From assembly GCA_964401515.1 (NCBI GenBank), contig CAYNYV010000001.1:8667-72666 (forward strand): DNA of 64,000 nucleotides, read 5' to 3'. Within the stretch, counting starts at the first letter, position 1. Every line of letters begins with the position of its first letter. Source of the DNA: an uncultured Christensenella sp. (lineage in GTDB: Bacteria; Bacillota; Clostridia; Christensenellales; Borkfalkiaceae). The position numbers and the translations under genes are program-made. Positions 56,331 through 64,000 of this stretch are shown here, one piece after another. The notes beneath the pieces are model-generated. The model was not told the DNA's origin. It did no database searches and saw nothing but the letters and a program-made list of their open reading frames with translations.

Positions 56331-57116
56331 ATGAACGTCGGTGTTTCTACTGCGTCATTGTTTTTACGGGAGTATAACGAAGACGCTTTACCTTTGCTCG
56401 ATTCAATCGGCGCCGAAGTCGTCGAAATTTTTTTAGAGTCCTTTTGCGAATATAAAGAAGATTTTGCCAAACTATTAAAATCTCGACTCGGAAATTTAAA
56501 AGTCCATTCCGTTCATTCGATAAACACTCATTACGAGCCCGAACTTTTTTCGAAACACGAAAGATCTTACGGCGACGCGATTAACATTTTTAAAGACGTT
56601 CTTAATTGCGCGAAAATTCTCGGCGCTAAAAACAATACATTTCACGGCAGAATAAGAATAAAACGCGCTAATTATTCTAACTACGAAGAAACGGGAGAGC
56701 GTTTCAACGCCCTTATAGATATTGCTAAAGATTACGGCGTGGACGTTTGTCTTGAAAACGTTCAATGGGCTATGTATAGCGAAGCGGGTTATTTTAATAA
56801 TCTTAAAAAGTTTTCGCCCAAACTTCGTACTTGCTTAGATATTAAACAGGCAAGGCTATCGGGGTACGATTACACGGAATATTTAACCGAAATGTCGGAT
56901 AGGTTAAATACGGTACATATTTCCGACTACGACCAAGACGGTAAAATTTTATTACCCGGTAAGGGGCTGTTTGATTTTGAAAAATTAATAGGGGAGCTGT
57001 ATAAGGCGAATTTTGGCGGCGCTTTGATAATAGAAGTTTATAAGGACAGTTACAAAACGATTGACGAAATCGCCGAATCCCTTCAATATATAAGAAATTT
57101 AGTAAAGAGAGGTTAA
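56331..57116 (+). CDS. Sugar phosphate isomerase/epimerase (xylose isomerase-like TIM barrel)
   Basis: 261 aa with the typical FHG...CLEN...HISD pattern of AP_endonuc_2 TIM barrels. Confidence 0.6.
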   Translation: MNVGVSTASLFLREYNEDALPLLDSIGAEVVEIFLESFCEYKEDFAKLLKSRLGNLKVHSVHSINTHYEPELFSKHERSYGDAINIFKDVLNCAKILGAKNNTFHGRIRIKRANYSNYEETGERFNALIDIAKDYGVDVCLENVQWAMYSEAGYFNNLKKFSPKLRTCLDIKQARLSGYDYTEYLTEMSDRLNTVHISDYDQDGKILLPGKGLFDFEKLIGELYKANFGGALIIEVYKDSYKTIDEIAESLQYIRNLVKRG

Positions 57117-57122
57117 TATACT

Positions 57123-58550
57123 ATGGCAACTCAAAGAAAAACCAACGAAGATTTACGCTTAAGATTCGATTACAACAATATGATGAGCGAATTCGTCGGT
57201 GAAAAAGAAGGCATTACTTTAGCGGAACTTAAAAATTCCGCCGAACTTTGCAAAAACGCGTTTTCGACCGTTCAAGAAAACCGCGGCAAAGGCATGATGG
57301 GCTGGAGCGAACTTCCTTACAATCAAACGGAAGTCGTCGAAGACATTCTTCAAACGGCAAAAGAAGTAAGAAAGAACTTTAAATATTTCGTCGTTTTAGG
57401 TATCGGCGGAAGCGCTTTAGGTCCTATTGCCGCTTTCCAAGCGTTAAAGCATCTTCATTACAACGATTTAAACGAAAGAAGACGCGGCGGTCCTAAATTC
57501 TATGTTGAGGATAACGTGGATCCCGAAAGAATGAGCGCTCTTTTCGACGTTATCGAACCGGAAAAGACTATGTTTAACGTCATCACTAAGAGTGGTTCTA
57601 CAAGCGAAACCATGTCGCAGTATCTCATCATTTGGAACATGCTTAAAGAATGTTTCGGCGACGACGCTAAAAACCATATGATAGCGACTACGTCCGCAAA
57701 CAGCGGAAACCTTATAAAAATCGCTAAAAAGGAAGGCTTAAAGACTTTCTATATTCCCGACGGCGTAGGCGGAAGATTCTCCGAACTTTGCCCTGTGGGA
57801 CTTTTACCCGCTGCGGTTTTGGGTATTAACATTAAAGCGATGCTTAAAGGCGCCGCTTATATGGATAAACTTTGCTCGAAGCCCGACTATAAAAAGAATC
57901 CCGCTATGGCGTTTGCCGTATTGCAATATATCGCTTTCAACAAGGGTAAAAACATTTCCGTTATGATGCCTTACGCCGACGGTTTAAGATTTATGGCGGA
58001 TTGGTATTGCCAACTTTGGGCTGAAAGTTTAGGTAAAGCCGTTAAAAAGGACGGTAGTCCCGCGTTTACAGGTCAAACACCCGTAAAATCTTTAGGTGTT
58101 ACCGACCAACACAGTCAAGTTCAACTTTATACCGAAGGTCCTTTCGATAAAATAGTAACTTTCCTTGCGGTTGACAATTATCGTAGTGAAGTCGTTATTC
58201 CCGACGGTTGCGAAGAATTCCCCAACGTTAACTTCTTGTGCGGACATACGATGAGCGAACTTATTTTAACGGAAATGAAGGCTACCGAGTACGCTTTATG
58301 CCGTAAAAACAGACTTAATAACACGATTTATTTACCCGAAATTAACGAGTTTACTTTGGGCGAGCTTATGTTTATGCTCGAACTCGCCACCGCTTATGCG
58401 GGCGAAATGCTCGGTATCGACACTTACAATCAACCGGGCGTCGAAGAAGGCAAAAACGCTACGTATGCTATGTTCGGTAGACAAGGTTACGAAGAAAAAC
58501 GCAAAGAACTCGAAAACGCTCCCAAGAAAAAGACTGATTATACTTGCTAA
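57123..58550 (+). CDS. pgi: Glucose-6-phosphate isomerase
   Basis: LGIGGSALGP and ITKSGSTSET motifs. Confidence 0.9.
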   Translation: MATQRKTNEDLRLRFDYNNMMSEFVGEKEGITLAELKNSAELCKNAFSTVQENRGKGMMGWSELPYNQTEVVEDILQTAKEVRKNFKYFVVLGIGGSALGPIAAFQALKHLHYNDLNERRRGGPKFYVEDNVDPERMSALFDVIEPEKTMFNVITKSGSTSETMSQYLIIWNMLKECFGDDAKNHMIATTSANSGNLIKIAKKEGLKTFYIPDGVGGRFSELCPVGLLPAAVLGINIKAMLKGAAYMDKLCSKPDYKKNPAMAFAVLQYIAFNKGKNISVMMPYADGLRFMADWYCQLWAESLGKAVKKDGSPAFTGQTPVKSLGVTDQHSQVQLYTEGPFDKIVTFLAVDNYRSEVVIPDGCEEFPNVNFLCGHTMSELILTEMKATEYALCRKNRLNNTIYLPEINEFTLGELMFMLELATAYAGEMLGIDTYNQPGVEEGKNATYAMFGRQGYEEKRKELENAPKKKTDYTC

Positions 58551-58578
58551 TCGGTAATTTAAATAAATTTAACCTTTT

Positions 58579-58605
58579 GTGCGCGCAAATAATCTTTGCG
58601 CGCAC
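58579..58605. promoter_or_regulatory. Perfect 11-bp GC-rich inverted repeat upstream of the CDF transporter gene
   Basis: GTGCGCGCAAA-TAATC-TTTGCGCGCAC. There is no U-tract after it. It ends 15 nt before the ATG at 58621, which has no obvious SD. Confidence 0.5.
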
Positions 58606-58620
58606 TGCATTATATATACT

Positions 58621-59799
58621 ATGGTAACTTTATTATCTAAAATTTTTATAAAAAATCCTAAAAATTACGCGGATCCGATAACTCGTCGCGCATACGGAAT
58701 ACTTTGCAGTATTTTAGGTATTGTTTTAAACGTTTTATTGTTCGTCGTTAAATTTATTGTAGGGATCGCGACGGGAGCAATTTCCGTGCTGGCGGACTCA
58801 TATAACAACTTGTCCGATGCGGGATCTTCGCTTTTGTCGCTATTAGGTTTTAAATTTGCGGCAAAAAAGGCTTCCGACAACAGACCGTTCGGAAACGGAC
58901 GCATCGAGTACGTTACGGGGCTTGTCGTTGCGATTATTATAGTTATCGTTGGAATAACGACTTTTCGCGATTCTATAGAAAATCTTATTTACTCGAAGAA
59001 GCCCGATATTAACGCGTTTTCCGATTTTACGGCAATAATTATCATCGGCGTAACTATTTTAGTTAAGATTTATATGATAGTTTACAACCGCTATTACGGT
59101 AAAAAAATTAATTCGCAAACGATGAAGGCTGTCGGTACCGATAGTTTAACCGACGTAATTTCTACTTCGGTCGTACTTATTTGTGCTTTGGTTTATAAGT
59201 TTACCGGCGTTAACCTTGACGGTTGGTGCGGCGCGTTGGTTTCAGTATTTATTACCTATTCCGGAATTATGTCCGTTAAAGACACGATAGGCGATTTACT
59301 CGGTAAGCGCCCCGACGTGGAAATTGTAAATAAGATTTACGGAATGGTTTTAAAACATAACGAAATCGTAGGCGTGCACGACTTAGTTGTGCACGATTAC
59401 GGACCCGGAAAATTTATGATTTCACTGCATGCCGAAGTTTCCGGTGACGACGATATATATCATTTGCACGACGTTATCGATAACGCCATGAAGGAACTCG
59501 ACGAGGCTTTCGGCGCCGTGTCGATAATACATTTGGATCCGATTTGTACCAACGATGAAAACGTTACAAAAGCCCGCGTCGCCGTTGCCGCGCTTGTGAA
59601 ACAGTTAGACGAAAGGATTACCGTGCACGATTTTAGAATGGTTGAAGGTCCGACTCACGTCAATTATATTTTCGATGCCGTCGTTCCGCACGATATAAAA
59701 ATTGGCGATAACGTTATTAAGGAAAAACTTGAAAAACTTATTTCCGACAATTTTGAAAACACTTACGCAGTGATAAAAATCGAAAAGTCTTTTATATAA
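58621..59799 (+). CDS. Cation diffusion facilitator (CDF) family metal efflux transporter
   Basis: TM2 motif ISVLADSYNNLSDAGSS, a six-TM N-domain, and a cytoplasmic C-domain (VHDLVVHDYGPGKFMISLH). Confidence 0.85.
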   Translation: MVTLLSKIFIKNPKNYADPITRRAYGILCSILGIVLNVLLFVVKFIVGIATGAISVLADSYNNLSDAGSSLLSLLGFKFAAKKASDNRPFGNGRIEYVTGLVVAIIIVIVGITTFRDSIENLIYSKKPDINAFSDFTAIIIIGVTILVKIYMIVYNRYYGKKINSQTMKAVGTDSLTDVISTSVVLICALVYKFTGVNLDGWCGALVSVFITYSGIMSVKDTIGDLLGKRPDVEIVNKIYGMVLKHNEIVGVHDLVVHDYGPGKFMISLHAEVSGDDDIYHLHDVIDNAMKELDEAFGAVSIIHLDPICTNDENVTKARVAVAALVKQLDERITVHDFRMVEGPTHVNYIFDAVVPHDIKIGDNVIKEKLEKLISDNFENTYAVIKIEKSFI

Positions 59800-59805
59800 A
59801 AATTG

Positions 59806-59833
59806 CGGTCGCTGTTATTACTGCGACCGTTTT
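59806..59833 (+). terminator. Terminator after the CDF gene
   Basis: Stem CGGTCGC / GCGACCG followed by TTTT. Confidence 0.7.
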
Positions 59834-59962
59834 AATATTTAATTTTGCTGCACATAAAAATTTGTAAAATCAGGCATAATTAGAGAGATTTTATAATGTT
59901 TTACGAACTTCGTAAATTCTTTTGACGGTATAAAATTCTGTTGACTTTTATATAATGAAAAC

Positions 59963-60997
59963 GTGAAAATATTATTAAAATCAATTAAAATATCATTTGT
60001 CGTAATAGGCGCTATGCTCGGTGCCGGCTTTTTAAGCGGTAAGGAATTAACTGCTTTTTTTTACGGACAAGATTCTTTGCTCGTGACTTTAATAATATTT
60101 TTAATTCTATTTTTAGCATTCTCGTTTTTACTTGCGGCGGACGTCGAAAATAATTGTAATTGTTATTTAGTTTTTGGTTGCTTTTTTTATTTGGGCAATT
60201 TTATCGTCGCATCTTCTATGCTTGCTGCCGCCGATTCCTTGTCCTATGAGATTTTTAATAATATCGAAGGACTTCCGATATTTTCGGTAGCGGCACTTAT
60301 CTTTATAAATATAATTTTAATTAGCGGTGTGAAGGGAATAAAACGCCTTAATCTTATACTCGTGCCGTTTATAGTTGCTTCGGCGATAGTTATAGTTTTT
60401 TTATCGAACGACAAAGTTGCGATAAAAAACGGTTTGGTTCAGCCGAGCGCGCTTTTAACCTATTGCGGACTAAACTTAACACTTACCGCGCCTTTAATTT
60501 CTCGGTTGGGAAGAGGCGAAAGTAAACGCGTGTGCTTCGTATCGGCGTTTTTCGCTGCCGTCGTTATATCTTCTTTAATTTATGCCTTTTCGCTTTGTCT
60601 TAACGGTTGCGACGTTGTGGCGATTTCAAGCGATTTACCGATTTTGCAAATTTTAGCGAACAGAAAATCTCTTTATTTATACTATATTTTAGTTTTATTT
60701 GTAGGGATAATAACTTCATTGACAAGCGTGTATTATTGTATTTATAATTTGTTTACCGATCTAAAATTCGGGACGATAGGCAAAATTCTGTTGCCGTCGG
60801 CGTGCTTTTTGGTTTCGCGACTCGGTTTTTACGACATAGTCGGCAAAATTTACCCCTTAATCGGCGTTATCGGAATACTTTCGATAATTATTTTTGGCGT
60901 CGAGTTATTCTTTTTTCGAAAGCGGCGACCGAAAAATACATCAAAGCGGCAAGTAAGCACAATATTACCGTCCCCGTCATTACAAGGTCGAGTTTGA
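59963..60997 (+). CDS. Polytopic membrane protein, possibly YkvI-family
   Basis: GTG start. N-terminus FVVIGAMLGAGFLSGKELTAFF resembles the YkvI-type start. About 10 TM helices. The family call is from memory only. Confidence 0.45.
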   Translation: MKILLKSIKISFVVIGAMLGAGFLSGKELTAFFYGQDSLLVTLIIFLILFLAFSFLLAADVENNCNCYLVFGCFFYLGNFIVASSMLAAADSLSYEIFNNIEGLPIFSVAALIFINIILISGVKGIKRLNLILVPFIVASAIVIVFLSNDKVAIKNGLVQPSALLTYCGLNLTLTAPLISRLGRGESKRVCFVSAFFAAVVISSLIYAFSLCLNGCDVVAISSDLPILQILANRKSLYLYYILVLFVGIITSLTSVYYCIYNLFTDLKFGTIGKILLPSACFLVSRLGFYDIVGKIYPLIGVIGILSIIIFGVELFFFRKRRPKNTSKRQVSTILPSPSLQGRV

Positions 60998-61700
60998 AAA
61001 CTTGCCCGCCGTAGACGATAAGATACCCTATACCTTGGCGCGAAACGAGATATTCGCCCATAATAGAGCCGATCCAACTCATTCCGACGTTGATTTTTAA
61101 CGTCGATATAAGTGAAGGTATACTTGACGGCATTACAAGGTAAAGAAATATCTTTGCTTTGTTGGCACCCATCGATTTAAGTAGATTAATCTTGTCTTGG
61201 TCAATTTCGATAAATCCCGCATACATATTGATTACGGTAACGATGACCGTAACTAAAAAAGTCATAAAAATTATCGCTTTCGTGCCGGCGCCGAACCAAA
61301 TTATGATTAACGGACCGAGCGCGATTTTAGGCAAACTGTTTAAAACTACCACGTAAGGTTCGAAAACCTTTCTTAAAAAGTCCGACCACCAAAAAATAAT
61401 CGCTACAAATATACCCGTAAGCGACGCTATTGCGAAGCCTATAAGGGTTTCGTATAGCGTAGTGCCTATATGAATGAAAAGTTCTCCGTCGATATAAAGG
61501 TTTTCGGTGGTTTTCAGTATTCGTGAGGGACTACTGAACAAAAAACTGTCAACGATATTGAAGTATGTTAAAACTTCCCATAATAAAAGGCATAATGCGA
61601 GTATCAAAATTTGCGTTATAAGGATTGTAACACGTTTGCGATTAAGTTTTTTCAAATAGGAAAGGTGCTCTTGTGTATAAGCAATATAATTTTTTTTCAT
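60888..61700 (-). CDS. ABC transporter permease (NitT/TauT/SsuC-like)
   Basis: Six-TM BPD-type permease. I prefer the ATG at 61700, which overlaps the ATPase stop (ATGA) and is preceded by GGAAGG. Confidence 0.85.
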   Translation of the reverse strand: MKKNYIAYTQEHLSYLKKLNRKRVTILITQILILALCLLLWEVLTYFNIVDSFLFSSPSRILKTTENLYIDGELFIHIGTTLYETLIGFAIASLTGIFVAIIFWWSDFLRKVFEPYVVVLNSLPKIALGPLIIIWFGAGTKAIIFMTFLVTVIVTVINMYAGFIEIDQDKINLLKSMGANKAKIFLYLVMPSSIPSLISTLKINVGMSWIGSIMGEYLVSRQGIGYLIVYGGQVFKLDLVMTGTVILCLLAALMYFSVAAFEKRITRRQK

Positions 61701-62455
61701 ACGTTCAATTCCTTCCATAATTTTTCAAACCAAGCGGAAAAGTTTTTATCTTCTCTGCGTTTTAAAGGCGACAAGTTTTTGTCAAAGTCGGTGTGATATA
61801 TATTTTTTACGCTTGCAGGTCGTTTTGAAAGCACGATAATTTTATCTGCCAAAGAAATCGCTTCCGATATATCGTGTGTTACGAGTAGCGCCGTTTTTCC
61901 TTCCGATTTAATCATTCGGTAGACGTCGTCGCAAACGCCGATTCGCGTTTGATAATCGAGCGCGGAAAAAGGTTCGTCAAGCAATAAAAGTTCCGGCTTC
62001 GGGGTTAAAGTTCTTATCAAAGCGGCGCGTTGTCGCATGCCGCCCGATAATTGGTCGGGGTAATGATTTTTAAACTCGTAAAGTCCGTATTTTTTTAATA
62101 GATTCAAGGCATAATCAACGTTTTCCTTTGACTTTATTTTTTTAATCGATAGGGGAAGAAGTACGTTCTTTTCAATGGTAAGCCACGGGAACAGTTGGTC
62201 TTTTTGAAGCATATAGCCTATCATACGGTCTGTTTTTGTAATTTCCTTGCCGTTTACGGTAATTTTACCGCTCGACTTATCTATTAGCCCCGCAATAAGT
62301 GAAAGTATACTCGTTTTACCGCATCCCGACGGACCGATTATCGCTACGAATTGTTTTTTTTCGATATAGAAACTGAGATTACTAACCGCAAGAGTTTCGC
62401 TTTTTTTGCTATGGTAAGTTAAAGATAGGTTTTCAAGTTTTACAAATTGTTTCAT
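61697..62455 (-). CDS. ABC transporter ATP-binding protein (SsuB/TauB-like)
   Basis: Walker A GPSGCGKTS, signature LSGGMRQR, Walker B LLLLDEPFSALD. ATG at 62455. Confidence 0.9.
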   Translation of the reverse strand: MKQFVKLENLSLTYHSKKSETLAVSNLSFYIEKKQFVAIIGPSGCGKTSILSLIAGLIDKSSGKITVNGKEITKTDRMIGYMLQKDQLFPWLTIEKNVLLPLSIKKIKSKENVDYALNLLKKYGLYEFKNHYPDQLSGGMRQRAALIRTLTPKPELLLLDEPFSALDYQTRIGVCDDVYRMIKSEGKTALLVTHDISEAISLADKIIVLSKRPASVKNIYHTDFDKNLSPLKRREDKNFSAWFEKLWKELNV

Positions 62456-62468
62456 TTTTACCTCAAAA

Positions 62469-62496
62469 GAGCCTGCCGAAAATATACGGCAGGCTC
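62469..62496 (-). terminator. Intra-operon hairpin between the binding-protein and ATPase genes
   Basis: 10-bp stem GAGCCTGCCG / CGGCAGGCTC followed (on the - strand) by TTTT and then the RBS. Confidence 0.6.
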
Positions 62497-62501
62497 GAAG
62501 T

Positions 62502-63500
62502 TTATCCGAAGATCGTTTTATAAATATCTTCCGTGATTTTGTTATCAACAAGGTCGTTAAAGTTTACCCGTTGTTCAAGTTCTCCTGCGTTTTCCATTAT
62601 TGTTTGAAGTCTGTCGAAGGCCTCTTGTTTCATCATAAGATCATTTTGCCATGCGTCGATTTCGATATAGGAATTTATCGAGTCTGTAATCGACTGTAAT
62701 TCTGTCGCGGGAAAGGAATTTGTAATTAGTTCGGCAATTTTTCCGCTATCCGTTTCCCTAATATATTTTATGGCTTTAAACATCGCCGTTGTGAATTTTT
62801 TGACTATTTCCGACTGATTTTCGTAAAAACTTTTTTTAGTCATAAAACAAGTAAAAGGTACTTCTCCCGATTCTTGCCCGACGCTTGCGACGACGTAGGC
62901 TTTGCCTTGTCGCTCGTATTCGGAAGCGGTCGGTTCGAACATCGTTACGTAATCACCCGTTCCGGCTATAAACGCCGCCGCGGTAAGATTAAACTGAACG
63001 TCGTAGTTGAGTGTTACGTTTTCGCCGTCGTAAAGTTTGTTTTTATTAAGAGCGTATTCTAATGACATTGCCGGGCTTCCGCCGCGTCTTCCCGCAATAA
63101 TTTCTTTGTTTTTAAGGTCGGACCACTTAAAATCTTTTTCGTTTGTTCTCGACATCAAAAACGAGCCGTCGCGCTTTGTCAGTTGAGCAAAAATAACGGG
63201 TAAGTCTTTAGCTTTACCGAGGGCTGTGTATATTCCCGTTTCCGGACCTAATAGGGCGATGTCGCAACTCCCCGACAATAAAGCCGTCATAGACGCGTCC
63301 GAACCACCGCCGTTCGTAAGATCAATCTCTAAACCTTCGTCTTGGAAAAAGCCGCCTTCGATCGCAACGTAAAACGGTGCGTAAAATATCGAATGGGTAA
63401 CTTCGTTTACTCGGACTTTTGTAATTTCGCTCTCTTTTTTACACCCTGTAAAGGGGATAATCATAAAAAAGGTCAGCGTAAACGCCAATAATTTTTTCAT
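62502..63500 (-). CDS. NMT1/THI5-like (SsuA/ThiY-type) substrate-binding lipoprotein
   Basis: Lipobox FTGC. FYAPFYVAIEGGFF and LLGPETG motifs are typical of NMT1-like binding proteins. ATG at 63500 after GGAGG. Confidence 0.75.
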   Translation of the reverse strand: MKKLLAFTLTFFMIIPFTGCKKESEITKVRVNEVTHSIFYAPFYVAIEGGFFQDEGLEIDLTNGGGSDASMTALLSGSCDIALLGPETGIYTALGKAKDLPVIFAQLTKRDGSFLMSRTNEKDFKWSDLKNKEIIAGRRGGSPAMSLEYALNKNKLYDGENVTLNYDVQFNLTAAAFIAGTGDYVTMFEPTASEYERQGKAYVVASVGQESGEVPFTCFMTKKSFYENQSEIVKKFTTAMFKAIKYIRETDSGKIAELITNSFPATELQSITDSINSYIEIDAWQNDLMMKQEAFDRLQTIMENAGELEQRVNFNDLVDNKITEDIYKTIFG

Positions 63501-63601
63501 AAACCTCCAAAATAATTCGTCAATAAACATTTTATGACAAAATTATCTTTGTTGACAATAAAAAATGTGCGACGATATTTTACTATTTTGCTAAAGGAAG
63601 T

Positions 63602-63630
63602 TTGACAATATTCTGAAGTTACTATATAAT
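63602..63630 (+). promoter_or_regulatory. Consensus sigma-A promoter of valS
   Basis: TTGACA, 17-nt spacer, TATAAT, lying 38 nt upstream of the ATG. Confidence 0.7.
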
Positions 63631-63667
63631 AGTATGGTATATAAAATAATTTTAGGAAGAATTTACA

Positions 63668-64000
63668 ATGGACATGCAAAAGACTTATAACCCAAACGAA
63701 TTTGAAAAACAAATTTACAAGTCGTGGGAAGAAAACGGCTATTTCGAAGCAAAGGTAAACCCTGATAAAGTTCCGTTCACCGTCGTTATACCTCCGCCGA
63801 ACATTACGGGGCAATTACATATAGGGCACGCCCTTGACGAAACTTTGCAAGATACTATCGTAAGGTTTAAACGTATGCAAGGATACGAAACTTTATGGCT
63901 CCCGGGTACCGACCACGCTTCGATTGCTACCGAAGTTAAAATCGTCGAACTTATGAAAAAGGAAGAAGGTCTTACCAAAGAACAAGTCGGAAGGGAAGGC
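63668..64000 (+). CDS. valS: Valine-tRNA ligase, N-terminal fragment (continues beyond window)
   Basis: MDMQKTYNPNEFEKQIYKSWEENGYF...PPPNITGQLHIGHAL (HIGH motif). The frame stays open to the right edge. It is absent from the ORF track because it has no stop. Confidence 0.95.
   Translation, partial: MDMQKTYNPNEFEKQIYKSWEENGYFEAKVNPDKVPFTVVIPPPNITGQLHIGHALDETLQDTIVRFKRMQGYETLWLPGTDHASIATEVKIVELMKKEEGLTKEQVGREG

Noticed and set aside
63501-63667. Possible TPP riboswitch for the NMT1/THI5-like ABC operon (- strand) or T-box leader for valS (+ strand)
   Set aside because: The 167-bp spacer is AT-rich. It has no CTGAGA or ACCTGATCTGGATAATGCCAGCG-like TPP core. The valS leader is only about 38 nt (promoter at 63602-63630), far too short for a T-box.
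63497-63978. Two - strand ORFs (105 aa and 79 aa) at the right edge
   Set aside because: The + strand frame from 63668 encodes an unmistakable ValRS N-terminus with the HIGH motif. It was missed by the track only because it has no stop within the window. The - strand ORFs are antisense shadows or promoter-region noise.
1-64000. Scan for CRISPR arrays, IS elements or transposases, integrases, tRNA/rRNA genes and toxin-antitoxin pairs
   Set aside because: I saw none. There are no regularly spaced repeats, no transposase or integrase-like ORFs, and no tRNA-like T-arm (GGTTCGAATCC-type) sequences in the intergenic regions. All repeats found are short hairpins or the single 16-nt tandem at 50544.

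Overview
This window looks like a chromosomal segment from a low-GC, Firmicutes/Clostridia-like bacterium. It uses the standard genetic code, has Gram-positive-style GGAGG ribosome binding sites, and about 47 of 53 genes are on the + strand. I found no rRNA, tRNA, CRISPR array, IS element or transposase, and no prophage genes.

The window splits into two parts.

(1) Positions 1-24200 are an accessory-type carbohydrate utilisation locus.
- Cytoplasmic genes: a ROK sugar kinase, a GH20 hexosaminidase-like enzyme, two GH31 alpha-glycosidases, NanE, an acyltransferase-like protein, and two paralogs of the uncharacterised DUF4127 family.
- Regulator: an RpiR/MurR-type protein.
- Exported genes: an orphan 1289-aa lipoprotein with its own strong promoter, a 608-aa lipoprotein solute-binding protein with two LplB/LplC-type permeases, a Big_2 lipoprotein, a secreted GDPD phosphodiesterase, and a GH26-like lipoprotein.

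(2) Positions 24200-64000 are mostly core housekeeping genes:
- lon-engB, an M18 aminopeptidase, MBL-comEC-holA, cdaA and pnuC;
- a dnaD-like/dnaI-like pair on the - strand;
- sbcDC, lepB, degV, pepF and dnaB;
- tsaC-ywlE-rpiB-upp, galU, mcsA-mcsB-clpC, hpf and pgi;
- a CDF transporter, an NMT1-type ABC importer on the - strand, and the start of valS.

The items most worth a second look are:
- the DUF4127 paralogs embedded in the sugar locus;
- the orphan giant lipoprotein and its 606-bp structured regulatory region;
- the unusual gene content of the locus: ManNAc salvage genes without any sialic-acid genes, plus a secreted phosphodiesterase;
- an unclassified structured RNA candidate of about 250 nt on the - strand at 29461-29723, with its own promoter and tandem terminators.

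All functional calls rest on motifs read by eye from the translations. No database search was run.
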